Assembly: GCA_963701785.1 (NCBI GenBank)
Contig: CAVPBC010000002.1
Location: forward strand, 533,093 to 597,092
Length of the DNA: 64,000 nt
Reading direction: 5' to 3'
Origin: an uncultured Bacteroidales bacterium
GTDB lineage: Bacteria; Bacteroidota; Bacteroidia; Bacteroidales; JAGOPY01
The translations under genes and the position numbers were made by a program. The notes beneath the pieces are model-generated. The model saw nothing but the letters and a program-made list of their open reading frames with translations, searched no databases and was not told where the DNA came from. The stretch's first letter is position 1. Each line of letters begins with the position of its first letter. Positions 29,267 to 38,106 of the stretch are shown here, one piece after another.

Positions 29267-29779
29267 ATGAAAACACTAACATCATTATTACTTGTAATCG
29301 TATTTGTTTCTATTTCTGGAATATCGGCTAACGCCCAGGGGCAAATGAGTTCTAAATCAAAGGCCATGGATATCGTTGACCTGGCTGCTTCACAGGATTT
29401 TCTGAGTACGCTGGTAGCGGCTGTCAAAGCGGGCGGACTCGTTGAAACCTTAAAAGGAAAAGGCCCGTTCACAGTTTTTGCCCCGACAAATGAAGCTTTT
29501 GCTGCACTTCCGGCAGGGACGCTTGAATCACTCCTGAAGCCCGAAAATAAGGACCAGCTTGTGCAGATCCTTACCTATCATGTTGTTTCAGGTAAAGTTA
29601 TGTCAACCGATCTTAAAGACGGAATGAAAGCCAAAACGGTGCAGGGAGGTGAAGTGAAAATTGGCATTTCAAAAGACGGTGTTAAAGTCAACGATGCCAA
29701 AGTGACCAAAGCCGATATCATGGCAACAAATGGAGTTGTGCATGTAATTGACAAGGTCATTCTTCCTCCGGCAAAATAA
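29267..29779 (+). CDS. Fasciclin (FAS1) domain protein, secreted
   Basis: Signal peptide, then GPFTVFAPTNEAFAALPAGTLESLL...ILTYHVVSGKV...NGVVHVIDKVILP. Confidence 0.85.
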   Translation: MKTLTSLLLVIVFVSISGISANAQGQMSSKSKAMDIVDLAASQDFLSTLVAAVKAGGLVETLKGKGPFTVFAPTNEAFAALPAGTLESLLKPENKDQLVQILTYHVVSGKVMSTDLKDGMKAKTVQGGEVKIGISKDGVKVNDAKVTKADIMATNGVVHVIDKVILPPAK

Positions 29780-29801
29780 TCAGTGTAATCTTCCGTTTAT
29801 T

Positions 29802-29891
29802 AACCACTGAGGCACTTAGGGCACTGAGCGTCACTAAGAAGTATGGTAAATAAATCTTAGTGTATCTTAGTGTTCTTAGTGCCTTAGTGGT
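29802..29891. repeat. CACTAAGG-word hairpin (family A), copy 1
   Basis: AACCACTGAGGCACTTAGGGCACTGAGCGTCACTAAG, a 13-nt loop, then CTTAGTGTATCTTAGTGTTCTTAGTGCCTTAGTGGT. Confidence 0.9.
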
Positions 29892-29993
29892 ATAAATCCA
29901 GACCAGATTTAACTTTGTGATGTTTCAAACCCGGTAACAACAAACAAATATTTAAGATATCCATTTCAGTTTCATAACTTAAAATTTGAAAAG

Positions 29994-31449
29994 ATGAAAA
30001 TCTTACTGACCGGTGTTACAGGCTATATTGGAAAACGATTGCTTCCGGTTTTACTTGAAGAGGGCCATGAAGTGGTTTGTTGTGTCAGGGATAAAAGGCG
30101 ATTTGATGGTTCCAGGTTCCAGGTTCCAGGTTCCAGGTTAATTATCATCGAAGTCAATTTCCTGGAAGAGGAAAGCTTAAAAGCCATCCCTGAGGACATC
30201 GATGCAGCTTATTATCTCATTCATTCCATGTCAGCATCCACCGGGGATTTTGTATCACTTGAAAAACAGTCAGCCCTCAATTTCCGCGAAAGGATCAGGT
30301 CAGACCAGGGCAAAACAGGTCATTTACCTGAGTGGAATAGTCAATGTAAGAGAAACTTTCCAGGCACCTGCTTTCCAGGAAGCAGGTAGAAGAAATCCTG
30401 TCGGAGGGGCGGTTTAAACTGACCACACTCCGGGCAGGCATCATTATCGGCTCAGGCAGTGCCTCTTTCGAGATCATTCGTGACCTGGTGGAGAAGCTGC
30501 CTGTTATGATTGCGCCAAAATGGCTGAACACCAGTTCCCAGCCTATTGCTATCAGGAATGTGATTGAATTCCTCAGTGGCGTATTACTGAATGAAAAAAC
30601 ATATGGAAAGAGTTATGATATTGGGGGACCGGATATCCTGACCTACAAAGAAATGCTCTTGAAGCTGGCCAGGGTCCGCGGATCTGAAGCGAAAAGTCAT
30701 GGTCGTGCCCGTCATGACGCCCCGCTTATCTTCTTACTGGCTCTACTTTGTTACTTCAACCAGTTATAAGCTTGCTGTTAACCTGGTCAACAGCATGAAA
30801 GTCGAGATCATCTGCCGTGAAAATGATCTCCGAGAAATGCTGAATATCAGGCTTATCAATTACGAAGACGCGGTAAGGATGGCCTATGATATCAGATATC
30901 CATAAAGAAGTGATATCCAGCTGGAAAGATGCGCTTACCACACATGATCTTGAAAAAGGGGTTTCCAGCCTGGCAGAAGTTCCTGTTTATGGTTGTTTTA
31001 AAGATGAAAGAAACATCAGGATTGATGATGAGGCTGAGGTGATGGAAAGAATATGGTCGATAGGGGGGAAGACGGGATGGTATTACGGGAACTGGCTTTG
31101 GGAGATGAGGGGATTTGTAGATAAAATGTTTGGAGGCGTTGGATTGAGAAGGGGAAGGAGAGATGATCATCAGATTTCACCGGGCGATTCGCTGGATTTC
31201 TGGCGTGTTATATTTGCCAGCAGGCAAGAAAAGCGGCTATTACTTTTTGCCGAAATGAAACTTCCCGGTGAAGCATGGCTGGAATTTCGCATCAAAGACA
31301 AAGTGCTTTACCAAACCGCAACCTTCCGACCACTTGGGCTATGGGGAAGGATTTACTGGTATTCCGTATTGCCTTTTCATGCGTTTCATCTTCCGGGGAA
31401 TGATCAGGAATATTCCAAAACCGGGTTAAAGTTACCACTAAGGCACTAA
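29994..31449 (+). pseudogene. NAD(P)-binding SDR-fold domain fused to DUF2867, at least four frame breaks (about 30290, 30350, 30685, 30890)
   Basis: The fragment ORFs read consecutively: MKILLTGVTGYIGKRLLP.., ..KQVIYLSGIVN.., LRAGIIIGSGSASFEIIRDLVEKLPVMIAPKWLN.., PVMTPRLSSYWLYFVTSTSY.., SSWKDALT..WYYGNWLWEMRG. The stop codon lies in a family A repeat arm. Confidence 0.75.
30108..30139 (+). repeat. Heptanucleotide tandem repeat (GGTTCCA)x4 inside the SDR/DUF2867 coding sequence
   Basis: GGTTCCAGGTTCCAGGTTCCAGGTTCCAGGTT read directly; translated as GSRFQVPGSR. Confidence 0.9.
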
Positions 31450-31514
31450 GGACACTCAGTACCACTAAGTGGAAAAACCTTAGTGCTTCTTAGTGCTCTC
31501 AGTGCCTCAGTGGT
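31433..31514. repeat. CACTAAGG-word hairpin (family A), copy 2
   Basis: TACCACTAAGGCACTAAGGACACTCAGTACCACTAAGTGG ... CCTTAGTGCTTCTTAGTGCTCTCAGTGCCTCAGTGGT. The TAA at 31447-31449 ends the upstream gene. Confidence 0.9.
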
Positions 31515-31561
31515 GAATATTTCGACATTAAATGCTTTCAAAAACAAATTATATAATAAAA

Positions 31562-32020
31562 ATGGCTTTTTATCAACTAATAAAAACACAATTCGTTCCG
31601 GCCACCATTGATGAGGTCTGGGATTTCATCTCTTCACCGGCAAATTTAAAAGAGATCACACCGGATTATATGGGCTTCGACATCACCTCCGAAAACCTCC
31701 CGGAAAAGATGTACGCGGGGATGATCATCAGCTACAAAGTCAGGCCGATTTTTGGAATTCCAATGACCTGGGTAACCGAAATTACCCATGTGGAGGAAAG
31801 AAAGTATTTTATTGACGAGCAAAGAGTGGGCCCTTACGCCTTGTGGCACCATCAGCATTTCATCGAGCCGCATGAAAACGGGGTGATGATGACGGATATC
31901 GTTTCCTACAAGCCACCGCTGGGATTTCTGGGGAGTATTGCGAATGCTTTGCTAATACGCAGGCAGCTTGAAGGGATATTTGCTTACAGGGAAAAGGCAT
32001 TGAACAAGAGATTTCCCTGA
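31562..32020 (+). CDS. SRPBCC-superfamily (polyketide cyclase/START-like) protein
   Basis: MAFYQLIKTQFVPATIDEVWDFISSPANLKEITP...; start taken at the internal Met of ORF 31532-32020. Confidence 0.65.
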   Translation: MAFYQLIKTQFVPATIDEVWDFISSPANLKEITPDYMGFDITSENLPEKMYAGMIISYKVRPIFGIPMTWVTEITHVEERKYFIDEQRVGPYALWHHQHFIEPHENGVMMTDIVSYKPPLGFLGSIANALLIRRQLEGIFAYREKALNKRFP

Positions 32021-32034
32021 TGGATTGATAGTTA

Positions 32035-32123
32035 AACCACTAAGGCACTAAGGGCACTTAGGGGCACTCAGGGTTCTAAATAAAAATCTTAGTGTTTCTG
32101 AGTGTTCTCAGTGCCTAAGTGGT
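32035..32123. repeat. CACTAAGG-word hairpin (family A), copy 3
   Basis: AACCACTAAGGCACTAAGGGCACTTAGGGGCACTCAGGG ... CTTAGTGTTTCTGAGTGTTCTCAGTGCCTAAGTGGT. Confidence 0.9.
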
Positions 32124-32591
32124 ATAATAAAGTAGCCTGCCGGCAATGAGGATACTGAGGAATAAAAATAATGTCTTATGAAATCGGCCGTACTGATATT
32201 TCCACACCAGCAATTTTCCAAAAGGGGATTGACAGCTGGTTTGGAATGCCCTGTTCTGGCGGTTCATGCATGTCCACCGGGAATTCTTCCTGCAGAATCC
32301 CAGGTTAGGAATGCTGGTGAGGAGTTTTGACGTTATGGAATCAACGAAAAGAAACAAGCTGTTGCAGGTAGCTGAGGATTATCTTGATTCTTTGTAAAAG
32401 GGACTCTATGGGCAGCGTTACCGTGCGTTGCTTATACAACCGCCACGATGATTGGATTGATGATCCTGGAAGGTACAAAGGTGCAGGTCATAATCCGTGA
32501 ATAGAGGGATGAAGTTCCTGCTATTTTCTTACTTTTAAGCCCGGAATGAGAATACTTCGTTTTCTATCTTATCAGTTAAAAATTCGTGAAT

Positions 32592-33464
32592 ATGAAACAC
32601 ATCTTACTATCCATAGTCCTGGGCTTCATCTTCTCCGCTGTGTCGCTCGCCCACGAAGAACCGGCCAAAACAATCCGGGAAAAGAAGGAAAAAGAAGAAA
32701 AAGCCGCTTTCTATCACGATAAAAATGTAACTTCCTATACAGTATGGAAACACGAGGTGACTGATCATAAACCGGATATGGAACAGAAAGAAAAGTTCCT
32801 GACAACACGGTTCAATGAGTTGGGGCACATCGCTGAAATGCTGGTTTATAAAAATACCGATACACTCGAATACAGGGTGGCGTTCCGCTATGACAAGCGT
32901 GGCAATATGATCGGGGATACTGATTTCAATCCGGACGGGTCTGTTAACGAAAACATTGAAAATATGTATGACAGCGAAGGCCGGGTGAAGGAGCAGATGA
33001 ACTATGGCGAGAACGGCGCTTTCGATTCAAAATTCACGTATGAAATTGATCATGAAACCCATACACTGACGTTCACCAAATTCAAGCCGACGGATTCCGT
33101 TGAATATTACATCCTCTATAAATTTGACGGCCCGGTTGACGAGGGAAACAACACTGAAATCATCAAGCAAAAACCCGACGGCGAACTGATTATGCGGGTT
33201 GAAAACCGTTTCGATGCATCAAACCTGCGGACTCAGAAAATGGTTTTCGACGAAAACAATAAGCTCATGTATTACTATGAATACAAGTATTTTGAAGGAA
33301 CAAACCGGTTCTCGGAAATCGTTAAAAAATCACCGGAAAATCAAATCCTTTCTAAAACGGTTTATACGCTGAACGAGCTGGATCTTCTGCAAGATGTTTC
33401 AATCTGGGATGAAGCAGGGAACCTCACTTCTTACTCCGCTTATACTTACGAATTCAGGCCATGA
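32592..33464 (+). CDS. Secreted hypothetical protein with YD/Rhs-like short repeats
   Basis: Signal peptide MKHILLSIVLGFIFSAVSLA, then recurring YxYDxxGN-type segments (FRYDKRGNMIGDTDFNPDG, MYDSEGRVKEQMNYGENG). Confidence 0.4.
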   Translation: MKHILLSIVLGFIFSAVSLAHEEPAKTIREKKEKEEKAAFYHDKNVTSYTVWKHEVTDHKPDMEQKEKFLTTRFNELGHIAEMLVYKNTDTLEYRVAFRYDKRGNMIGDTDFNPDGSVNENIENMYDSEGRVKEQMNYGENGAFDSKFTYEIDHETHTLTFTKFKPTDSVEYYILYKFDGPVDEGNNTEIIKQKPDGELIMRVENRFDASNLRTQKMVFDENNKLMYYYEYKYFEGTNRFSEIVKKSPENQILSKTVYTLNELDLLQDVSIWDEAGNLTSYSAYTYEFRP

Positions 33465-33664
33465 TTATTCCCTCAGCAACACCAGGTTTAAGAATATCTA
33501 TAAGTGAAACAATATTATCAGCGAAGCGGACTTTCTTGGTGAAAGATTCGCCGAAATTTGCACTTTTGACAGTCAATCAAAAGGAGAAATAAATTATCAA
33601 AACTTGAAATAAATGCAGGTTTTGATAAACTATTATCGTATAAAGACAATCGACTTCACTCGCT

Positions 33665-34153
33665 TCACCTCCTCACCATCTTCACACTCAGCCCTTTCTG
33701 CGCCGACCAGCCTTCCGCATCGGTCAGGCTGATGAAAAAATGATAGTCGCCCTCATCATACAAACCACAGCAATCTGACGGTACAGGGATCGTCAGATCC
33801 GTTACATACTCGCTTAAGCCGGCCGGAATGTCGTAGTCCTGGATAAAAACGTAAGGATTGACGGGCTCTTTGACGGGATCCATGTTACATTCTTCTACCT
33901 CCGTGCTGTGCGAGTGATGGTCGAAATTATTGTGAATGTTGATGCTGTAAGAACCCAGCTCAGCATTGTCGGTGAAGCGCACTTTCATGGTGAAGGATTC
34001 ACCAAAATACAGGGTGTCGCAATTCACCGGAAAAGAACCTGTAACATTATTGTTTATGGCAGGTTTTTCATTATCTATATCTTTTCCCTTATCACAGGAT
34101 ACCAATCCAATTAGTAAGAAAAGAAGTAAAAAAGTAAATTTTAATATTTTCAT
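33665..34153 (-). CDS. His-rich surface lipoprotein, DUF4625-like (distal gene of the Fur-TonB operon)
   Basis: Lipobox LIGLVSC and NNFDHHSHSTEVEEC. The family name is from memory and should be verified. Confidence 0.5.
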   Translation of the reverse strand: MKILKFTFLLLFLLIGLVSCDKGKDIDNEKPAINNNVTGSFPVNCDTLYFGESFTMKVRFTDNAELGSYSINIHNNFDHHSHSTEVEECNMDPVKEPVNPYVFIQDYDIPAGLSEYVTDLTIPVPSDCCGLYDEGDYHFFISLTDAEGWSAQKGLSVKMVRR

Positions 34154-34212
34154 GTTTAAAAAATAAATGTAAGCTGACAAGCTTTTAAACTTGTCAGGTT
34201 TAGTTAATAATA

Positions 34213-34638
34213 TTATTCTACAATCAGGACATCGGCCTCTGCATTGCCTTGATTTCCTTCCATATCGGTTACCACAAAATCAAAATGATAATCGCCGGGT
34301 GTGGCAGTAATGTCAATGTCAACATGTTCATGAAAAGTGGTGTTCTTTAATCCTGAGAACTTTGTATACGTGGTGTCTAACTCCCATCCTTCAATTCCAC
34401 TTTCGGGGTGCATCCTAATATTCACTTTATCAATTTTTCCTTCGGCTATAATTTCGGCTTCAATGTGCATCTCGCCTCCAATTATAGCTGTATGGTCGTT
34501 CCCGTGCGTGTCTCCTTCACCAATCTCCATGATGGTTATGACCGGTTTGGCGGGTGTTTCATCTTTTTTACAAGAGTTAAAAAAGACCATGCTTGTTGCT
34601 GCTAAAATAAAAGCCATTGTTCTGATTTTTGTGTTCAT
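34213..34638 (-). CDS. His-rich surface lipoprotein, DUF4625-like (paralogue of 33665-34153)
   Basis: Lipobox FFNSC; GDTHGNDHTAIIGGEMHIEAE...HPE...HEHVDIDI. Confidence 0.5.
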   Translation of the reverse strand: MNTKIRTMAFILAATSMVFFNSCKKDETPAKPVITIMEIGEGDTHGNDHTAIIGGEMHIEAEIIAEGKIDKVNIRMHPESGIEGWELDTTYTKFSGLKNTTFHEHVDIDITATPGDYHFDFVVTDMEGNQGNAEADVLIVE

Positions 34639-34667
34639 AAAACTCTAATTTAAAGTGTAACTAATTA

Positions 34668-37082
34668 TTATTGATTGAAATTTCCTGAAAAGGGGATAGA
34701 AATATTCAGAATGAAATTTGTTCCCGGTTCTGGCACATTTAACAGCCTGTAATAGCTGGTGTGATTGTAATATTTATTATTCAGCAGGTTCTGGACCTGC
34801 ATGGAAACACTCATGAACTGATCTTTCATCCTGATGTCGCATCCAAATCCGATGTTAATGACCTGGTAACCTTTCGTGATCTCTTCCGGCGGCACGATAT
34901 TGTTCTGTGTTGCCGTAAGCCTGTAATCGACCGAGAAATATCCATTTCTGAAAAAACCGATCTTTTGCCTCTGGTACTTCAGGTTTATAATGGCCGAGGC
35001 GGGCGGAGAAAAGGGAAGCGTAAAGCCCTCCTTTTCGCCCGAGAGCTGCTCCGAATAAACATATTCGCCGATAAATCCCAGTTGCAGGAACCTAATCACC
35101 TGGTAATGGGAATGGATCTCAATACCGTAGCGGAAAACTTTGGCCTGGGTGTAATAAAACACCTGGTTGCCGCTGCCATAAAGTCTGTCGTATTCCGACG
35201 TGGGATTGAGGTAGATGTAATTCCGGAAATAGTTCACAAAGGGGGTGGCACCGATGGCAAACTTCTCCGACCCGTATTCCACGCCTGCATCAAGCTGGTA
35301 AGATACCTCGGGCGACAGGCCGGCATCGCCCACCTCGTAGCTGAAGGTGTGGTAGTTCACCCCGTTGGCAGCTAGCTCCTTGGCAATGGGCAAGCGGAAA
35401 CTTTTTCCCACATTGGCTTTGTACGACCACTTCCCCGGGTTGTAATTGTACCCGACCGACCACGAAACACTTGAAAAGCCGCGGTTTATCTCACCGGCCC
35501 TTTGCAAATATTCGTAAGTTGTATCGCCGTTATTGATCACCGGTGAAGGGAACCAATCGTAGTATTCCTGCGTTTCCACACTACCGTAATCATAGCGCAG
35601 CGCCGCCTGCAGTATGCTCTTTTCCGTGAAAGCATGCCTGCCCAGCACAAAGCCTCCGATAGTAAACTGCTGAAAAGCAGGAATAATGAAAGCCCGCCCG
35701 TCGATCCGGTTATCCTGGTATTCGCTGTTTACACCCATCACAAAACGGGTCTTTTCGCTTATATCGTAATAAAACTTCAGGTTCAGTGAATAGATATACT
35801 TTTCAAACTGCAGTTCAAGCCCGGGGCTGAAATCCATCGTATCGGGAAACAGCGGAGGCATATAGCCGTGATTGACGTATTCACTCCATTCCTGCCTGAA
35901 ATTCCGCTGGAAACCCAGGTCGGCTTCAATCCTCATCTTCTCAAAATTATACAGGTTCTTGCTGATAAATTTGAAATGATTGATCCGGTGATATGGAAAC
36001 TGGATGTCGCGGTTCGATTTATCGTGCAGGTCTGTATCAACATTGCGTGGTTCCAGGCCATGGGCATTGGCGAAAAAACCGTTTTTGCCGTTCAAATCGC
36101 TGACAAAGAACCGGCTCTGGAATTTGGGCAGGATAAACCCGAAATTAAAATTCAGGCTTTGCTCTTTTCCTGCCGTGTTTCGCATGTGATGTCGGTCAAG
36201 GGCCGCACGGTATGAATAAATATCGATGCTGTCGGCCGGCACCTTGTAATCGCCGTAATCCAGCAGTGTAATGCGAAAATCGGCGAAAAACCGGTTCTTC
36301 CGGCCATACAATGAAACCGAGCCACCCCCGAAATTATTATTGCTCTTATACGAAAGGTCAATACTTCCCCCTATCGTGTTCTCCAAAGGAATGCGGCGGG
36401 TCTTCATGTCGATCACGCCCCCGATGGCATCGGAGCCATACATGATCGAAGCGGGGCCCTTGATCACTTCAATCCGTTCAGCGGCATACTGGTCGATTTC
36501 CAGGCCATGATCGGCTCCCCACTGCTGGCCTTCGTGCTTGATGTCGTTCTCCACAACCAACACACGGTTAAACCCGAGGCCGCGGATAACCGGCTTCGCC
36601 TGCCCGGAGCCAATGTCGATGCTGGTAACCCCCGGCAGGCGCTCGAGTGATTTCATGAGGCTTCCGCCCAGGTTTCGCTTCAGGTATTGGTCGTTGACGA
36701 TTTCGATATTGAGCGGCTCCTCTTTCTTTCGCTCTTCGGCAAAATTATCATTGATGACCACTTCGTGCAAATTAAGCGCATCGACGGAAAGCTGAGCCCG
36801 GTAGCTTTCATTCCCCTGAAGTACAATGGTGTCGAGTAGCGTTTTATACCCCAGGAATGATATTTCGATCCGGTACATGCCCGCGGCAAGCCCGTCAATG
36901 ATAAAATAGCCCCTGTTGTCGGACATGGCGCCTTTTCTTACAGGATAAAGAAAAGCCGCCGCCCCCGGCAAAGCCTGGTTGTTTTCATCGACAACCAAGC
37001 CTGTCAGCGCATAATTGCTTTGTCCGTATAATGAACCGTACATAAGATTTATGCCCAGTAAGAGCACAAAAAATTTTCTCAC
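34668..37082 (-). CDS. TonB-dependent receptor with N-terminal CarboxypepD_reg domain
   Basis: An 804-aa ORF with signal peptide, LTGLVVDENNQALPGAAAFL...GMYRIEISFLGY, a plug (VEVIKGPASIMYGSDAIGGVI) and a C-terminal aromatic beta-barrel end. Confidence 0.9.
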   Translation of the reverse strand: MRKFFVLLLGINLMYGSLYGQSNYALTGLVVDENNQALPGAAAFLYPVRKGAMSDNRGYFIIDGLAAGMYRIEISFLGYKTLLDTIVLQGNESYRAQLSVDALNLHEVVINDNFAEERKKEEPLNIEIVNDQYLKRNLGGSLMKSLERLPGVTSIDIGSGQAKPVIRGLGFNRVLVVENDIKHEGQQWGADHGLEIDQYAAERIEVIKGPASIMYGSDAIGGVIDMKTRRIPLENTIGGSIDLSYKSNNNFGGGSVSLYGRKNRFFADFRITLLDYGDYKVPADSIDIYSYRAALDRHHMRNTAGKEQSLNFNFGFILPKFQSRFFVSDLNGKNGFFANAHGLEPRNVDTDLHDKSNRDIQFPYHRINHFKFISKNLYNFEKMRIEADLGFQRNFRQEWSEYVNHGYMPPLFPDTMDFSPGLELQFEKYIYSLNLKFYYDISEKTRFVMGVNSEYQDNRIDGRAFIIPAFQQFTIGGFVLGRHAFTEKSILQAALRYDYGSVETQEYYDWFPSPVINNGDTTYEYLQRAGEINRGFSSVSWSVGYNYNPGKWSYKANVGKSFRLPIAKELAANGVNYHTFSYEVGDAGLSPEVSYQLDAGVEYGSEKFAIGATPFVNYFRNYIYLNPTSEYDRLYGSGNQVFYYTQAKVFRYGIEIHSHYQVIRFLQLGFIGEYVYSEQLSGEKEGFTLPFSPPASAIINLKYQRQKIGFFRNGYFSVDYRLTATQNNIVPPEEITKGYQVINIGFGCDIRMKDQFMSVSMQVQNLLNNKYYNHTSYYRLLNVPEPGTNFILNISIPFSGNFNQ

Positions 37083-37138
37083 TTTAAGATTGTTGAGATT
37101 AACTCATTGAAAAAGAAATGGGAAGCGCTGTTTGGAGA

Positions 37139-37492
37139 TCAGACCGGTGGGGCCCTGGGCAAACTGGTGGTAACTACGTTCCTGAAATAGTTGTTGATTA
37201 AAGTTTCGCTGATGAAACCGGTAACCAGGGGTATAATTTTCTCATAAACCGCCAATTCCGGCAATTGATTTACCGGAAACTGGTAATTACAAACAGGGCA
37301 TTGCTCTTCCTGCTGCTGCCCGGTAATTGAAGTGGTTTGTAAATCCTTATGCTGTAATCCTGTCACACAGGTGTTTTCATGTCCCGAACAACAATCCTTT
37401 TTATGCCCGACCGTATGAACCGATTGGAAGATGACCGGGAACAGAAATATTCCCAGCAAGCTCCAGGTTATATGTTGACTGCGCTTCTTCAA
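37139..37492 (-). CDS. Small membrane protein with His/Cys motifs (HTVGHKKDCCSGHENTC, CPVC)
   Basis: A 117-aa ORF whose start overlaps the Fur-family gene stop by 4 nt. It has one TM helix. I could not confidently name a family. Confidence 0.45.
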   Translation of the reverse strand: MKKRSQHITWSLLGIFLFPVIFQSVHTVGHKKDCCSGHENTCVTGLQHKDLQTTSITGQQQEEQCPVCNYQFPVNQLPELAVYEKIIPLVTGFISETLINNYFRNVVTTSLPRAPPV

Positions 37493-37905
37493 TTGCGCGT
37501 GTGGTTATTTTTACAGTCAGGACAGGTCCCTTTGATCAGGATCTCTTTCTCTGCGATGGTAAAGCCTTCAGGAAGCTGAACATCCTGGACAGGGACAGCA
37601 TCGAGGCAGGTGACAGCGTGACAATTATTGCAGTAGAAATGAGCATGTTCATTTTTATGTGTCACTGAATTATCCAGCGAATATTTACTCAACTGATTAT
37701 CAATGATGATCTTATGGATAATTTTATGTTCTTCCAGCGTTATGAAAGAGCGGTAAAACGTAGTACGGTCGTAATTTCCCGGCAAGCGTTCCCTGATTTC
37801 ATTTTCCGAAAGCGCCCGGCCGGCGTTCATCATCACATCGATGATCCCTTCGCGGCAGCTGGTCCGTTTAAGTTGGCGCGAGTATAAAACTTCAATGGCC
37901 TTCAT
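37489..37905 (-). CDS. Fur-family metalloregulator (Fur/Zur/PerR type)
   Basis: A 138-aa ORF with a winged-helix N-terminus (TSCREGIIDVM...TFYRSFITLEE) and two CxxC pairs (HFYCNNCHAVTC, GTCPDCK). Confidence 0.8.
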   Translation of the reverse strand: MKAIEVLYSRQLKRTSCREGIIDVMMNAGRALSENEIRERLPGNYDRTTFYRSFITLEEHKIIHKIIIDNQLSKYSLDNSVTHKNEHAHFYCNNCHAVTCLDAVPVQDVQLPEGFTIAEKEILIKGTCPDCKNNHTRN

Positions 37906-37942
37906 AAATGCAAAAATATTTCAAATGCAACAAGGTTGCAAA

Positions 37943-37975
37943 GATAATATAAAGTGTGTTATCATGAAGATAAAT
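37943..37975. promoter_or_regulatory. Candidate Fur-type operator upstream of the Fur-family gene
   Basis: GATAAT (37943), TTATCAT (37959) and GATAAAT (37969) hexamers in forward-reverse-forward orientation, 38-70 bp upstream of the start at 37905. Includes the palindrome TTATC-ATGAA-GATAA. Confidence 0.4.
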
Positions 37976-38106
37976 TTGCAGAAAATGCATTCACATTTTG
38001 GATTACTGCACTCAACTGATAATATCCTGCATTCATCGATTTAGATTTTAAAAAATCCCATGGGAGTAGTATTTTTGATCAGTTAAATAGTTCATCATCT
38101 TATTCA

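Noticed and set aside
30108-30139. The heptamer repeat as the cause of inactivation of the SDR/DUF2867 gene
   Set aside because: The reading frame passes through the repeat intact. The four breaks lie 150-780 bp downstream of it.
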